A DNA stretch of 63,193 bases, the filler included, from Vezdaea acicularis (lineage: Eukaryota): the NCBI GenBank assembly GCA_026025075.1. It is 7 parts of 7 records of this genome, joined end to end, with 100 filler letters (N's around TTAATTAATTAA, not from the genome) between each part and the next. Parts side by side here need not be neighbours in the genome. Positions count along the whole stretch, not along the records: positions 45,950 to 54,521 come from JAPEUI010000272.1; positions 54,622 to 63,193 come from JAPEUI010000273.1; 5 more parts are not named here. One strand, written 5' to 3'. Below the pieces are notes generated by a model. That model saw nothing but the letters and a program-made list of their open reading frames with translations, searched no databases and was not told where the DNA came from. Both the position numbers and the translations under genes were made by a program. Below are positions 48,901 to 60,523 of the stretch, piece after piece; position 1 is the first letter of the stretch; the number at the start of each line of letters is the position of its first letter.

Positions 48901-51900
48901 TCTCAGGTATTCCCAGCGGGGCAACCCTTCAAATCTCTTTACTCGACCCACACGCTGCTCACCTGCCTCGACGAGCACCGAAGGAAAGGCAGCACGGACG
49001 AGGCATTCATGACCCGGGGGACGAACGTGCTGACTTGGGCTTTGACGGGCGAGGAATTGTTCGATGGCGCATGCTCGTTCAGCCTAAAGGTCCACGTTGC
49101 CAATCAGATGCTGAACTGTCTGATAAGATTTATCAAAGAACCTGTTTCCCATGAAACTCTGGATTCGTGCTTCGCCGACGCTGTAGCCGTTGTCAACCGG
49201 CTAATCACTCTGATAGAGTACGCAAGGTCCTCCGAGGCCTTTGCTGACAGTGGGTCAACCTCACTAGCTGCCCACAGCTTCTCTGCTCTCGTCGAGATCT
49301 CCATGCGGAATAGAAGCGTGTGGACACTCTTCATCACGAGAGCAGATTCGATGGAAATCGTTCGTCTGCTTCTCCTGGTTGACACTCGGCAGGAACTGAG
49401 ACACCGAGTTATGGAAACGATACGCAACGTTTGCGGCTATGAACCACCGGCACATGCTAGGGTCCAACCCACCGAGTTCGCCAGATTCTTCTGGGAAGCG
49501 ATATCTGCAGCCCTCCCTGACACTACTAATTTTTCGAATTACTGCTCCCAGTTTTTCGACGCTGCCTCTGAAGTGTTCACGGTCATGATCAAGGACCCTC
49601 CTGACGACTTGCGGCTAGGCGCGTACATCTCGATTTGGGGTGACTTGTTGGTGAGCCATGAGCACCACGGTTTCGTCGGTCGAGAAAGCACCGATTACTT
49701 TGTCTTGGGGCTCACAAGGTTACTCATCTGCGGAGTCCAGCATGCGAAGGCTCTAAAGCAGCGGCTGGCAACTGGTGACCTCGCTGAGCGCCTACTGAAC
49801 GCTCTCCTCTTTCCACAATTGTCTAGGGGGGACGAACAAGACGAGGTAACGGAGAAGAGGCCGATCCTGGACGAACCATCTCGGAAAGAGCTATACCGTC
49901 TCGTCTACCTTCTCGCTCATGACCTGGAACATTTTGAAAGAATATTGGACATGCTGGCTGACTTAGTACCGGAGGATTACGCGTATATCCTGAACTTCAA
50001 CTTCGATCGATCCAAGGCCATCCGTTCTTCCACCGGATATGTGGGCCTTCGCAATCTGTCAAATACATGCTATCTGAACTCGCTCTTCACTCAGCTGTAC
50101 ATGAACGTGAAATTCCGCGAGTTCATGCTCGGCGCCAACGTTGCCGATGCCGAGGGCTCTCAGAAACTGCTTTCTGAGACGAAGAAGCTGTTTGCGTTCA
50201 TGCAAGACAGTTGGGAAAAGGCGGTTGAGCCTATTGCAGTCACTGATAACATCAGGACTTACGACAACGAGCCAATAGACGTCGCAGTGCAAATGGATGT
50301 TGATGAGTTTTATAACCTCTTGTTCGATCGCTGGGAGTCTCAAATACTGTCGACAGAAGCTAAGATCACCTTCCGCTCCTTTTATGGCGGCCAGCTGGTG
50401 CAACAGGTCAGATCGAAGGAATGTCAACATATCTCTGAAAGAGAAGAACCCTTCTCCGCTATTCAATGCGACATCAAGGGGAAGACAAATCTTGCAGAGA
50501 GTCTGAAGGCTTACGTCGAGGGAGAGACCATGGAAGGCGACAACAAGTATTCTTGTACTTCTTGCAGTCGACATGTCGACGCCGTCAAGCGAACGTGTCT
50601 AAAGGAAGTGCCTGATAACCTGATTTTCCACCTTAAGCGGTTTGATTTCGACCTTCGGACTATGCAGCGAAACAAGATTAATGACCGGTTCGAGTTCCCA
50701 AGCACAATTGATATGAAACCGTACAAGATCGACCATCTTAGCAGCCCAACTTACGAGACTCCACAAGATTGGTTTGAATTAGTCGGAGTGCTGGTGCACA
50801 GTGGAACCGCGGAGTCTGGTCATTATTACTCTTTCATCAAAGAACGTCCTTCGACATCAAGCGCGGGGCCCACCTGGGTTGAATTCAACGATTCGGACGT
50901 CACATACTTCGACCCTAATAACATCCCTTCGCACACCTTTGGTGGTCAAGACGACATGCGGCACAACAGCAATGGCCAGAAGTTTTACTGGTCCAAGAAC
51001 TACAGTGCGTACATGCTTTTTTACCAACGCTGCTCTGCGGTGCAGGCACAACAACAAGAGGAGTCTGTGATTCTTGAGACGCCAAAGAAGATTGCAACAC
51101 CTGTCGAGATTCGAAGCCACATAGCCCTCGAAAATGAACTTCTAATTCGCAAATATTGCCTATATGACCCTGCCCACGTTCCTTTTATCAAGACGCTCCT
51201 AGACTCTCTGCGATATCTTAATAAAGGGGTCTGTTCAGACGACCACGGGATCGAAGGAAAGATGCTCCGCCTGGCTCTTGATCACCTTGACCAGGTCATT
51301 GTCCGGACAAAGGACCAACCTGACTTTGATGCAATGATGACATCGTTCACAAGAGTAATGACCTCTTGCGAGGAGTGCTGCTCCATATTGTTGGATTGGG
51401 TTGTCGGCCGCGCAGAAGCGATGCGGAATATACTCCTAAGAAGTCCTCAGCCGAAGACTCGACAGGACTTTTCGCATCTAATCATCACAGCGCTTCGATA
51501 CCTTCGCCAGAAGGACCCGCAACGCTATGGCTTAGAGATACAATCCACCAATCCGACTACTTGGCAAGAGACCCAGGGCGCGTTGCAACTGGTCTTGGGC
51601 CGGCTCGATCGCTGTTGGACCAACGCCATAGAGATACATCTGAGGGCGTGGGACGAATATTTCGGAATCCTTATAGATTTGGCAAAGTTTGGTGTTGCGG
51701 AGACTTTGTTGGTATTGCGACGTGGATTCCTGAATAAAATCCTCGAGGTCCTGATCTTCGAGGTCCACGCGGAACTACGATTGGACTACGATAGGCTCAA
51801 CAGGCAGCTTTTGAAAGGACGAAAGCCATCCTATATCAACCTCATCGGTCTTCTCCAGGTTCTCCTGGACAAAATCGATCTCACGTTGGAGCCTGTCATA

Positions 51901-52944
51901 GGCGAACGCCGCAGGCTACAATGTCGCAACCGCGATACCTTTCCTCTTACTCGAGACGAGGCTCAGTGGCTCAAACTGCGCATGACTAGGACGAAAACAT
52001 CCTGCATCATCTCGAAAATGCTTGATTTGGGGCACAACATGGAGGCGGCCAAGCAAATCATCGCGCAGATTTGTCTCTCGGAGCCACCTTTCGGTATCTT
52101 GCTTTTCGTTCAGAGAGCGCTCACAAGCGGCATGAGCATCGATCCGGCTTCCCTTGCCGGCCCATATCTGCAGGGAGGCATAGTCTTCTGCGAGAATGCG
52201 CCAGATGCAGAGGCCATAACAGAGCTCATCCATCAGACTTCAAAGGACGTGGAGACTATCGGGTCATCTGGTGGGAAAGAACATCTAGCGTTCTACCAAG
52301 CACTCTACTCGTGTCGAAATGAGCTGTTCGTAGACGACCAGCCCTGGTTCTTCCGGGAGCAGCTGCTGGAGAACCTCGAATTGTGGGCTCCACATCTACT
52401 TCTTTACTGGGAACCGGAAGTTCGAGACGCAACGTTGATGCTGGTGAACCGCCTGGTCTTGGAGTTTGGACCTACTCCCGGCACGGGATCGCCCGATCGT
52501 GACGAGTTGATAGTCACTGCGGCTAGGAAATTGTGCATTCAATGCATCTCGATTTTACAGTCAAAGTATGTAGAGCTAGGAGTTGGCGTGACCGCAAAGA
52601 CTCTGGAAGCCACTTTACGTGTCATCGAGATGTGCATCAAGCACTTTGATGAAGAGATGGATCTTGCTATATATACTCGCAAGGAAGGTGAGAAGCGACT
52701 GCCGTCACCCTTTTCTTTTTTGGAGCGTCACACTAACTCGAACCAGTCTTATTGGAGAGCCTCAAGGAACTCCTGATCGAAGAAGAAGTGGAAGACAACA
52801 TCTCGGGTATGGACGCACAACTTTCAGATGACCTACCGCGTCCGGGCTAACGAAACAGAAGAGGAATGGGCCGACGACTCGGCGATCGCTAGCGATTCGG
52901 ACGTCGAACCATTGTATCTCCCCAAGGAAGGTCAAACTCCCTGA
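45950..52944 (+). CDS. large ubiquitin-specific protease (peptidase C19, USP34/USP24-like), 5'-truncated
   Basis: Frame of more than 2200 aa with Cys box GLRNLSNTCYLNSLFTQL, QMDVDEF, LIFHLKRFDF and His box VLVHSGTAESGHYYSFI. Terminal introns 52688-52746 and 52807-52858; stop 52942-52944. Confidence 0.94.
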
Positions 52945-54243
52945 GAAGAAGTGAAAATCCATTTTTTTTCTACGACTTCCTAGATCAGATCAGATTCCTT
53001 GACGCCGAACCGGGCGCACGGTCCAATTCACGTCTCTTTTTTTTAAAAATATCCGAGGACCTCGAATTTTTCGGTATGATGAAACTCACTGGCGTTTCTA
53101 GATTGGGGTGGAGGGGCCTCCTGCCGGTCGCTGTGGATAATGCTCAAAAAGCTTGTTCTGTGTGCATTCGAGCTGGGTTTGGGAGTCGGGTATCGGGTTT
53201 GGCATAGCGCGGGCGGAACAACCCTGGAGTCGGTGGCAAGGGGACTTGGGCGTGGACAGCTCTCTTCTCCCCCACCGCCCATGCCTGCTTGGCTTTTGGC
53301 GAATCTTTTGTGTTGTTTTATGCTTTCTTCAAAGGCTGCGCTTCTCTTTCTCCCCATCTCTCTCTCTCTTATTGCTGGGCTGGGTGGAAGGTTGTGGCTC
53401 AAACAAATAAAGTACGACTACGATGACGACGATGGCGAAGGGAAGGGCATACATGGGGATTGGTGGGCACGGTTGTTTTTTTTTTCTATCACGATGTTCA
53501 TGCCCTTTTTGCCTCACCCCTCGGCTGGCTCTTTTCAGAGGCACGCCCCATATTATAGATTGTAGTTAATGCCACTCTTTGCCGGGATTCTTTTTTCCGT
53601 TTCTTTTTGGCTGTGATGACGCTTTGCTTTTGTTCCAACATGTAAACTCTTTTTCTCTCGTCAGTTTGCGACTCACGATTCCCCCGGGGATATCGTGTTA
53701 AAGGCCACGCCTCCCGTTTCCGCAAAGAAACTTCCTCTTCATGAACGAACGAAACGCGAAGGGTTCGACGCTACAAAGACTGAGAAAATCGTCGTCCGAC
53801 AATTTTCTTTTTCATTGTATGGACTGGTCTAGTCTAGACTAGACTAGAATCCCACCTCTTTCTGACTTTTCCGCATAAGTAACCATGTGGGTTCCTGTAG
53901 AGTGGTCTGAGCCCTAAGCTAGAACTGCACGGAACGTCCCGTCCCGTGGTCCCGTCTGGACGAAGAAAATCAGCGCGGGGAAAGCGGAGTTTCAAGCTTT
54001 TTTCTTCGGTGGATTGGATGTGGGGAAATGCCGCAGTCGCAATGTCGCCGGTGGATGAGGACTGGGGTTGGGGCACGGGCCTGAGCGGGGAGCGAGAAAA
54101 AGAAATTTCTGGGGTATTTGAAGGGAGGTGGGTTCCAGATTTACGGGAGAGGAGGGGGGGGAGGTGGTGCGTTGGGGTGCTCGCATCTTTGTTCGGTTCT
54201 TGCTTACGTCTTTGCTCTTTTGGTAGCATATCTTCGCAGCACG

Positions 54244-54521
54244 ATGCCTTTTCCCGCCTTCCTCAGCCTCAGCACCCTCCTCCTCCTAACCCTCACGACC
54301 AAAATAACAATAACAACCGCACAATACCTCTCCTGCCCCCCCGCCCTCCCCCACACGCCTCTCGCCACAGCCCTCTCCCAGCAATACTCCCACGACCTCC
54401 CCCTCTTCCCCCCTTCCCTCCCCCTGTCCACCACCTCAACCTACACCACCCTCGAATCCCTCTGCGCCCACTCCCTCTCCGGAAACGCAGGCTGCCGCTG
54501 CCTGTACCATCCTTTCTCCCC
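54244..54521 (+). CDS. secreted cysteine-containing protein, N-terminal fragment (3'-truncated)
   Basis: Signal peptide MPFPAFLSLSTLLLLTLTT...TA, then LSC...YTTLESLCAHSLSGNAGCRC, resembling the first half of the modules in 5700-7085. Confidence 0.6.
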
Positions 54522-54621
54522 NNNNNNNNNNNNNNNNNNNNNNNNNNNNNNNNNNNNNNNNNNNNTTAATTAATTAANNNNNNNNNNNNNNNNNNNNNNN
54601 NNNNNNNNNNNNNNNNNNNNN
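54522..54621. other. artificial contig linker
   Basis: N44-TTAATTAATTAA-N44. Confidence 0.99.
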
Positions 54622-54824
54622 GCCTTTCCATTCCATTCTCCCAGTCGGTTGGGTTGATCCAGAAATCTTCTCTTCCGCTCAGCTAAGCTCTTGCTGGGAT
54701 CGAGAAATTTCACATTTTGTGATATACTCTTCCTACTCTCCTTCCACTCTCTTCCTACCCAATTTACCACACCACCACCACCACCACCTTCCCCTCCCGC
54801 CCCCCCTTTCTTCTTCCGTTGCAA

Positions 54825-56643
54825 CTACCACTCTCTAATCCCACCATCCCCCCCGAAAAACTCCAGGGGCCGCCACACCTCCGCCTTAGCACTAACCCTC
54901 CTGACCGCCTCCTCATCGACCTCGATCCCCAGGCCAACCCCCGTCAACGCCTTCACAAAGCCGTGCTGCACCTCAAACACGCTCGCATCCTTGACGTACG
55001 AGTGCAGATCATGTTCGCCCGCCATGGTGTTATAATGGATGCCCAGACTCATCTCTTGAATCACGAAATTGGGGATGCAGAGGGCGATCTGCATGCTGGC
55101 GGCGAGCGAGATGGGGCCGAGGGGGCAGTGGGGCGCGATGGCGACGTCGTAGGCTTCGGCCATGGCGGCGATGCGGCGGATCTCGGAGATGCCGCCGCAG
55201 TGCGAGATGTCCGGCTGTAGGATATCCACGGAGGCGTCCTGGAGGAAGCGCTTGACGTCCCAGCGGGAGTAGAGGCGCTCGCCGAGGGCGATGGGGACGG
55301 TGGTCAGGCCGGACAGTTGTTTGATGCCTTCGGGGTGCTCCGAGGTGAGCGGTTCTTCGATGAAGAGGGGCGAGTGCGGGGCGACTAGCGCGGCGAGCTG
55401 TTTCGCCATGGGCTTGTGCAGGCGCCCGTGGAAGTCGAGGGCGGCGTCCAGGCCGAGGTTCTTCACGGCGAGGAGACGGTTGACGGTGGAGGTTAAGGAG
55501 GAGGGTTTGTCGAGCCAGTCTATGTCGCTCGTGGCGTTCATCTTTATCGTCGTGAAGCCTTGCGCTTTGCGGGCGAGTCTGTGAAACGGGTCGAAGTGTT
55601 AGCAAAGGGGGCCTTGGAAAAAAGGGGGTTGCTTGCTAGGAGAGGTGAGAAGAGGATAGAGAGGGTGTGTGAGGGGTCTGCTGCACATCGGCATAGGCCA
55701 AAATGAAAAAACCCGCCGGCGAGACTCAATTCCCAATCTGACATATGCAGGGCAGGCTCAAGTCAGCGGGGCAGGGGGGCCTCCTTACGCAGCTGCTTCA
55801 ACGTCCACCGGCCGGTCTCCTCCGATCCACGCATACACCGCAATCTTGTTCCGAAGCTTCCCGCCCAGAAGCTGGTAGACCGGGACCTTTAGCTTTCGCG
55901 CTTTTCGAGAAAGTCAGTTGTCATGTTTTTCTGGTGCAATGTTCCACGCAGCTCCCGGCCATCACTGAAGGGAGGCTCATTTGACAGAGGGAGAGAAAGA
56001 TAAGAGGACACTGGAGACATGGTCACCCTGCGACAACGCATAAGCGCTCATCAACAGACAGCACCTTCGGAGAGAGAGAGAGAAAAAACTAGCAGAGGAC
56101 AGAATAAGTGACACAACACCGAGCGAAGGAGAGGACGAATTTGTCGGAAACGACAAGCCTGAGGCAATTGATTGGTAGGGAAGGCACGATCCGTGATAGA
56201 GAGGTCGCACAAGAGATAACAACTCACCCTTCAGGTCCCACAGTGCGATATCAATTCCTGAGATGGCGGACATGAAGACGGCTCCACCGCGGTAGAAGCC
56301 CAGCCTCCATGCCATCTGCCATATGTGTTCAATCTCACTAGAACCAAAATCAGCGAATGGCGGAGGCCGCGGACCAAACTCCGAGAAGGGGGGGAATCGC
56401 ACTCTGCCTCGTAGCCCGTAAATCGGTCAATCAGCCCATTCAGCGTCCCTTCGACGGCCTGCGTATGGCCTTCGAGCGTCGACTCTCCCCAGCTGGCGGT
56501 GAACATTAGGTTTTTATTTCCCCGGAAGTAATACCGTAGCTCCTCTGGAAGACTCACCCAAAGTTGCCCTCTTCATCGCATACTTTCACGAACAGCCAGC
56601 GCGGGAGCACTCGAAAGTACTCGATCGACTTTATTTTGCCCAT
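54825..56643 (-). CDS. dgoD: D-galactonate dehydratase (mandelate racemase/enolase superfamily)
   Basis: Exons 56643-56558, 56492-56403, 56337-56228, 55900-55789, 55578-54825. Motifs [70 protein letters not shown] and IQE.SLGIHYN. Confidence 0.92.
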
Positions 56644-59155
56644 GGTGGCGATTCTAGGTTTTTGGGAGGAGGGGGGAAAATGGTGAAAGGTGTTGAGGGC
56701 CCAAGAGCGTGTGATCGTCCCACCAGATGGGCGGACCCCTCGAAAAAGCAGAAAGTCGGACACTTGATGGATGGCCCACTTGTTATCCTTCGATTCCCCA
56801 CGTCTCCACAAAAAAATAAACAGCGGTCGTCCGCGTGACGGTAGACAGAAGAATGGGGGGTTTGAGATCAGTCCTGAGGACTGCGCACCGGATTATCCAG
56901 CGCCAGGCCGGACGGTCTAGCTCTACATATAGACGGGCAGCTGGTCCAGGGTGCTACCAGGGCCCGGTCACGTTAGGGCGTGCCCAGGGCCGCGAAGTCG
57001 GAAACGCCACGGAAGTCAGACTGACGATGGTACACTGGGAGGCAGGGGATTCAGGGCCCTTGCTGCGCGCGCGGGGGGAGGCAGAGGGACGGAAATCGGG
57101 ATGCGTACCCGGGGTGGGACCCTCTCCGGCGACGTGGGCGGAAAGGTGCAGCTGGAGGGCCGCGGATTGGGCAGCGGGACGCGCTGCTTGGCCCTCGGAG
57201 TCGACGGGCGTGGCCTGGCGAGGGAAGGGCCCCTCTGCCGCATGACCCGCTGCCGGTCGTCGGAGGCGGCGGACGGGCCTGAATGGGGACCCCGCGGCTG
57301 TTCTCGAATGCTTCCACTGCCCGCCCAGCTCTTTTTCTCTGTCTCTGTCTCTATACCTCTCCCTCCCCTCCTCTCCATCCCCCTCCCCTCCCCGCGCTCC
57401 GCCACTCTCCACCACTCTCCACCCCCGATCATCACGGTCATCCGGCGTCGTGCATCCAGCCGGCACAGCTGGACCATCACGACTGGTATTGCCGGCGCCC
57501 GTCTCGGCTTCTCTGGCCTTCCCGAGACGTGATATCTGCAGCGGGCATCCAGTGCTTGCAGTCGCCGCGGCGTGGAGGCCCACCATTGATTCGCCTGTGG
57601 CCGGTCAGCAGCAGCACGCAAAACCCAATGATGGGAGGCCGCTGGATAGCTGCACGGCCGATATCTGGACGGAAGGCGAGCTGGCGAGTGCGCCCTCAAC
57701 CATTCGCCATACGGTCCTGGCGCACAAAGCAAAGTCGTCCTGGGGGCCCCCATCTCAGCCGAGCTTGGCCGTCGAAAAATCCTTCGTGGATGGACTAGAG
57801 ACCGGCAGATTCGCAAGGGCAACGCTCTATCATAGTGCTCCGGACTTGAGATCACGATGCTTTTCGTCCCAAGGGCCTGGCCCCACAGCTAGTTGCGCAA
57901 GAGATGGAGCCTACGTCGAGCAAGGGGGATAGCAAACAGTCCGTCGTTTGCAAGGCGAAGTCGGTGCGTCGTGGAGGGGAGGCGGCGAGCAGCCCATTGG
58001 CCGTAGTGGAGCTCGATGATGAGGACGACTCGCCGCGCTCGATCTACTTGTCAACAGAAGCGGAAAAAGTCTACGCGCCGTCTGACATGAAAAAAAATTT
58101 GATAGCAACGGGCAGACTATGGAGAAAGGGCAGACACGAGCACATGTCAACGTCAAACCTACGGCAGCCCCCGTCGCCTCCCCTCGCTCTGGCGCGCCTT
58201 CCGCTTCGGTGCTGGTCCAGTCGACGGCGAACTGGTAGATCTTCGACGGCTTCTGGCGCGCGGTCCTTTTATCGTCGAAGATCAATTGGCCGTGGGCCGG
58301 TGTTCGTGAGAGTTGCCATGCGAGTGGCTGCCGCCGCCTCGTACACAGACGACGGACGTCGCGAGACCGCTGACGTCGGACGAAGAAGCAATTATGTCGG
58401 CGCATCGCATACGATGCTACGGTACCCTTACGAAAATGCCGTGCGCCTTGCGTAGATGGCGGAATCTCTTCCGATTACCGAAATGCAGCCGCCGCCAGAT
58501 GCAATCGTATCACCGCCCATCGGCCCCTTCAGCCTTACGCCCATTGCGGCACTCGATGCCGGCGTCGAGGTACCCGAGTTGTGTATGTGAACAACACCCC
58601 AAGCGCAAGGGCATTATAATTCACCTTCAAGAAGCATCACGACGTGTCCATGTATTCTGACCGTCCTCTGACCGTCCTCACCGAAGAACTCTGGAGTACC
58701 TCAAAGAACTATCATGAACTTCTCTCCTCCAAGAGAACAGGTTAGAAGTGTGAATTGGTGGCATCCGACAAAGATGAGTTGTTCTGTTGCTGAACCGCGC
58801 GTGGACAAGTTCAAGGCCAGCCATGTCTCAATGGTGTACTTCCTCGCTGACATTGAGTGTCAGGGGCGGTTCTCGAGAACACAATGTCTTTGTGGAATGT
58901 TCACTCATTTTCTTGGACACAACTTGACCGGAGTATGAGCTAGACAATGGATAGACAAATTCTGAACACATTCAAGCAATCGTCAACACTTCACCATGCA
59001 GTATATCACAAGATGGGTTCGACCCTGGCGATTCCTCCTCTATTTTCAAAAAACCACATCACAACCGTCCACCAATACACTATCACCGTCAACGCTCTAC
59101 GAATCCAAGAAAGCCCTAGCACCGAAACTAGTTGCAACACTCATAGTAGTTCACC

Positions 59156-60214
59156 ATGTCGGACATCCACAACATCGCAGACGAAGTGGACGAGATTGTC
59201 GACAATTATTACGACCAGGTAGACACTATCGAAGAGGAACAAGCCCTTGCGGCGGCCCGTGAGGCGCATTTGGCAGATATGCGCGCCAGATACCACGCTC
59301 GCCGCCGCGCCCAGCGCCTAGCCCTCTACCAGCCCTTGTTCGTCCCTGAGGGCCCAGCTAACACGCCGGCTGCCTCATCTCCCCCCGCCTCCCCTTCTGC
59401 GACCTCAAACAGGAACTGGGCCCTGAGAGCATTTGGACTGCCAGAGCGCCAACCAGCGCCGGAACAGGAACCAGAGCCTAAGTCCGAGCCTGAGCCCGAG
59501 CCTGAACGTGGGCTCTACAGCGAGTCGGAACACTCGCGAACCGCTCGCTCTCGAAGGAGCTCCAGGAGCAGTGGTTGGCTTCTAGACTTTGGCCACTACC
59601 AGGACCGCGTCCACCTGGAGTATGGGGAAGGCGTTGTTCTTCCCCCCAGAGAGTACTCGCCCGAGTTCCTGCGGTTATACGAAGAAAGCGACCATGAGGA
59701 CAGGGGAAACCAAGAGGCGTATCCCGAGATTGCACCAGAGGAGGATGTTGAGGTGGATCTAGTGATGGAGGAGGAACTTTGGGAGAGAGACTGGAGTTCT
59801 GAGACTGACCCAGAGGACGAGGTGGAAAGGGCCTTTGCTGAACTGGAGTGGTTGGCAGAGGAGTATGAGAGGAGGTATGGAGCTGATGAGGACTCCGAGA
59901 CGGAAGGTGGGGATCTTGATATGGAAGAGGAGGATGAAGACGGGGGTGTAAGAATTGAATTTGTTGGAGAGCATGAAACCGAAAGGGGGGACACTGAGAT
60001 GTGTGACGATGAGGGGGAAGAGGAAAGGGAGGGGGTAGATTATGGAGATGAGGATGAAGATGACGATGAAGAGAATGGATCTGATGAGGATGGGAGCGGT
60101 CAAGGGGTCGAACTAAACCACCCAGACGAAGGCGGTGGACCCAACAGCAGCAGCGAGTCCGACACTGAAACAGAGGACTCGGAGATGGACCTCGACGAAA
60201 ACGACGACTACTGA
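59156..60214 (+). CDS. highly acidic, disordered orphan protein
   Basis: Intronless 352-aa ORF with a good start context (CACCATGT); about 30% Asp+Glu by manual count, a single Lys and an (EP)n tract. Confidence 0.65.
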   Translation: MSDIHNIADEVDEIVDNYYDQVDTIEEEQALAAAREAHLADMRARYHARRRAQRLALYQPLFVPEGPANTPAASSPPASPSATSNRNWALRAFGLPERQPAPEQEPEPKSEPEPEPERGLYSESEHSRTARSRRSSRSSGWLLDFGHYQDRVHLEYGEGVVLPPREYSPEFLRLYEESDHEDRGNQEAYPEIAPEEDVEVDLVMEEELWERDWSSETDPEDEVERAFAELEWLAEEYERRYGADEDSETEGGDLDMEEEDEDGGVRIEFVGEHETERGDTEMCDDEGEEEREGVDYGDEDEDDDEENGSDEDGSGQGVELNHPDEGGGPNSSSESDTETEDSEMDLDENDDY

Positions 60215-60320
60215 GTCACCCCCCTCCTGTTCATCCAGAGGCCCACAAAGCTTCATCTCCTTCCACCGTTAGACATACAAGAAGCACGTCCACATCAAGT
60301 CTCTCACCACTCCTAACAAC

Positions 60321-60523
60321 CTTGCCTTCTACCATGGCTTCTCTCACTATTCCGCCCATTTTCTCATTTTCTTTCGCACAATGCAGATCCTAGAAGAACA
60401 CCCCTCTTCTAGATTCTTGCCTCCTACCATGGCTTCTCTAGCCATTCCGTCCATCCTCTTGTTTTCTTTCGCACAACTCAGATTCCAGAAAAACACCCCG
60501 CTTCTGGAAGCCTTGCCTTTCCT
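60321..60523. repeat. 95-bp tandem duplication (2 copies plus a partial third)
   Basis: CTTGCCTYCTACCATGGCTTCTCT...TTTTCTTTCGCACAA...AACACCCC begins at 60321 and again at 60416; a third CCTTGCCT starts at 60511. Confidence 0.85.

Noticed and set aside
53827..53844. 18-bp perfect palindrome GTCTAGTCTAGACTAGAC
   Set aside because: It arises from a short CTAG(T/A) pentamer repeat and has no associated element.
55901..56227. Possible intronic box C/D snoRNA in dgoD intron 3
   Set aside because: A TGATGA is present, but the candidate CTGA coincides with the branch point and no terminal stem or rRNA guide was evident.
56644..59155. Overlapping 130-280 aa ORFs in GC-rich intergenic DNA
   Set aside because: R/P/G/S-rich translations on both strands with no domain signal, as expected by chance at high GC.
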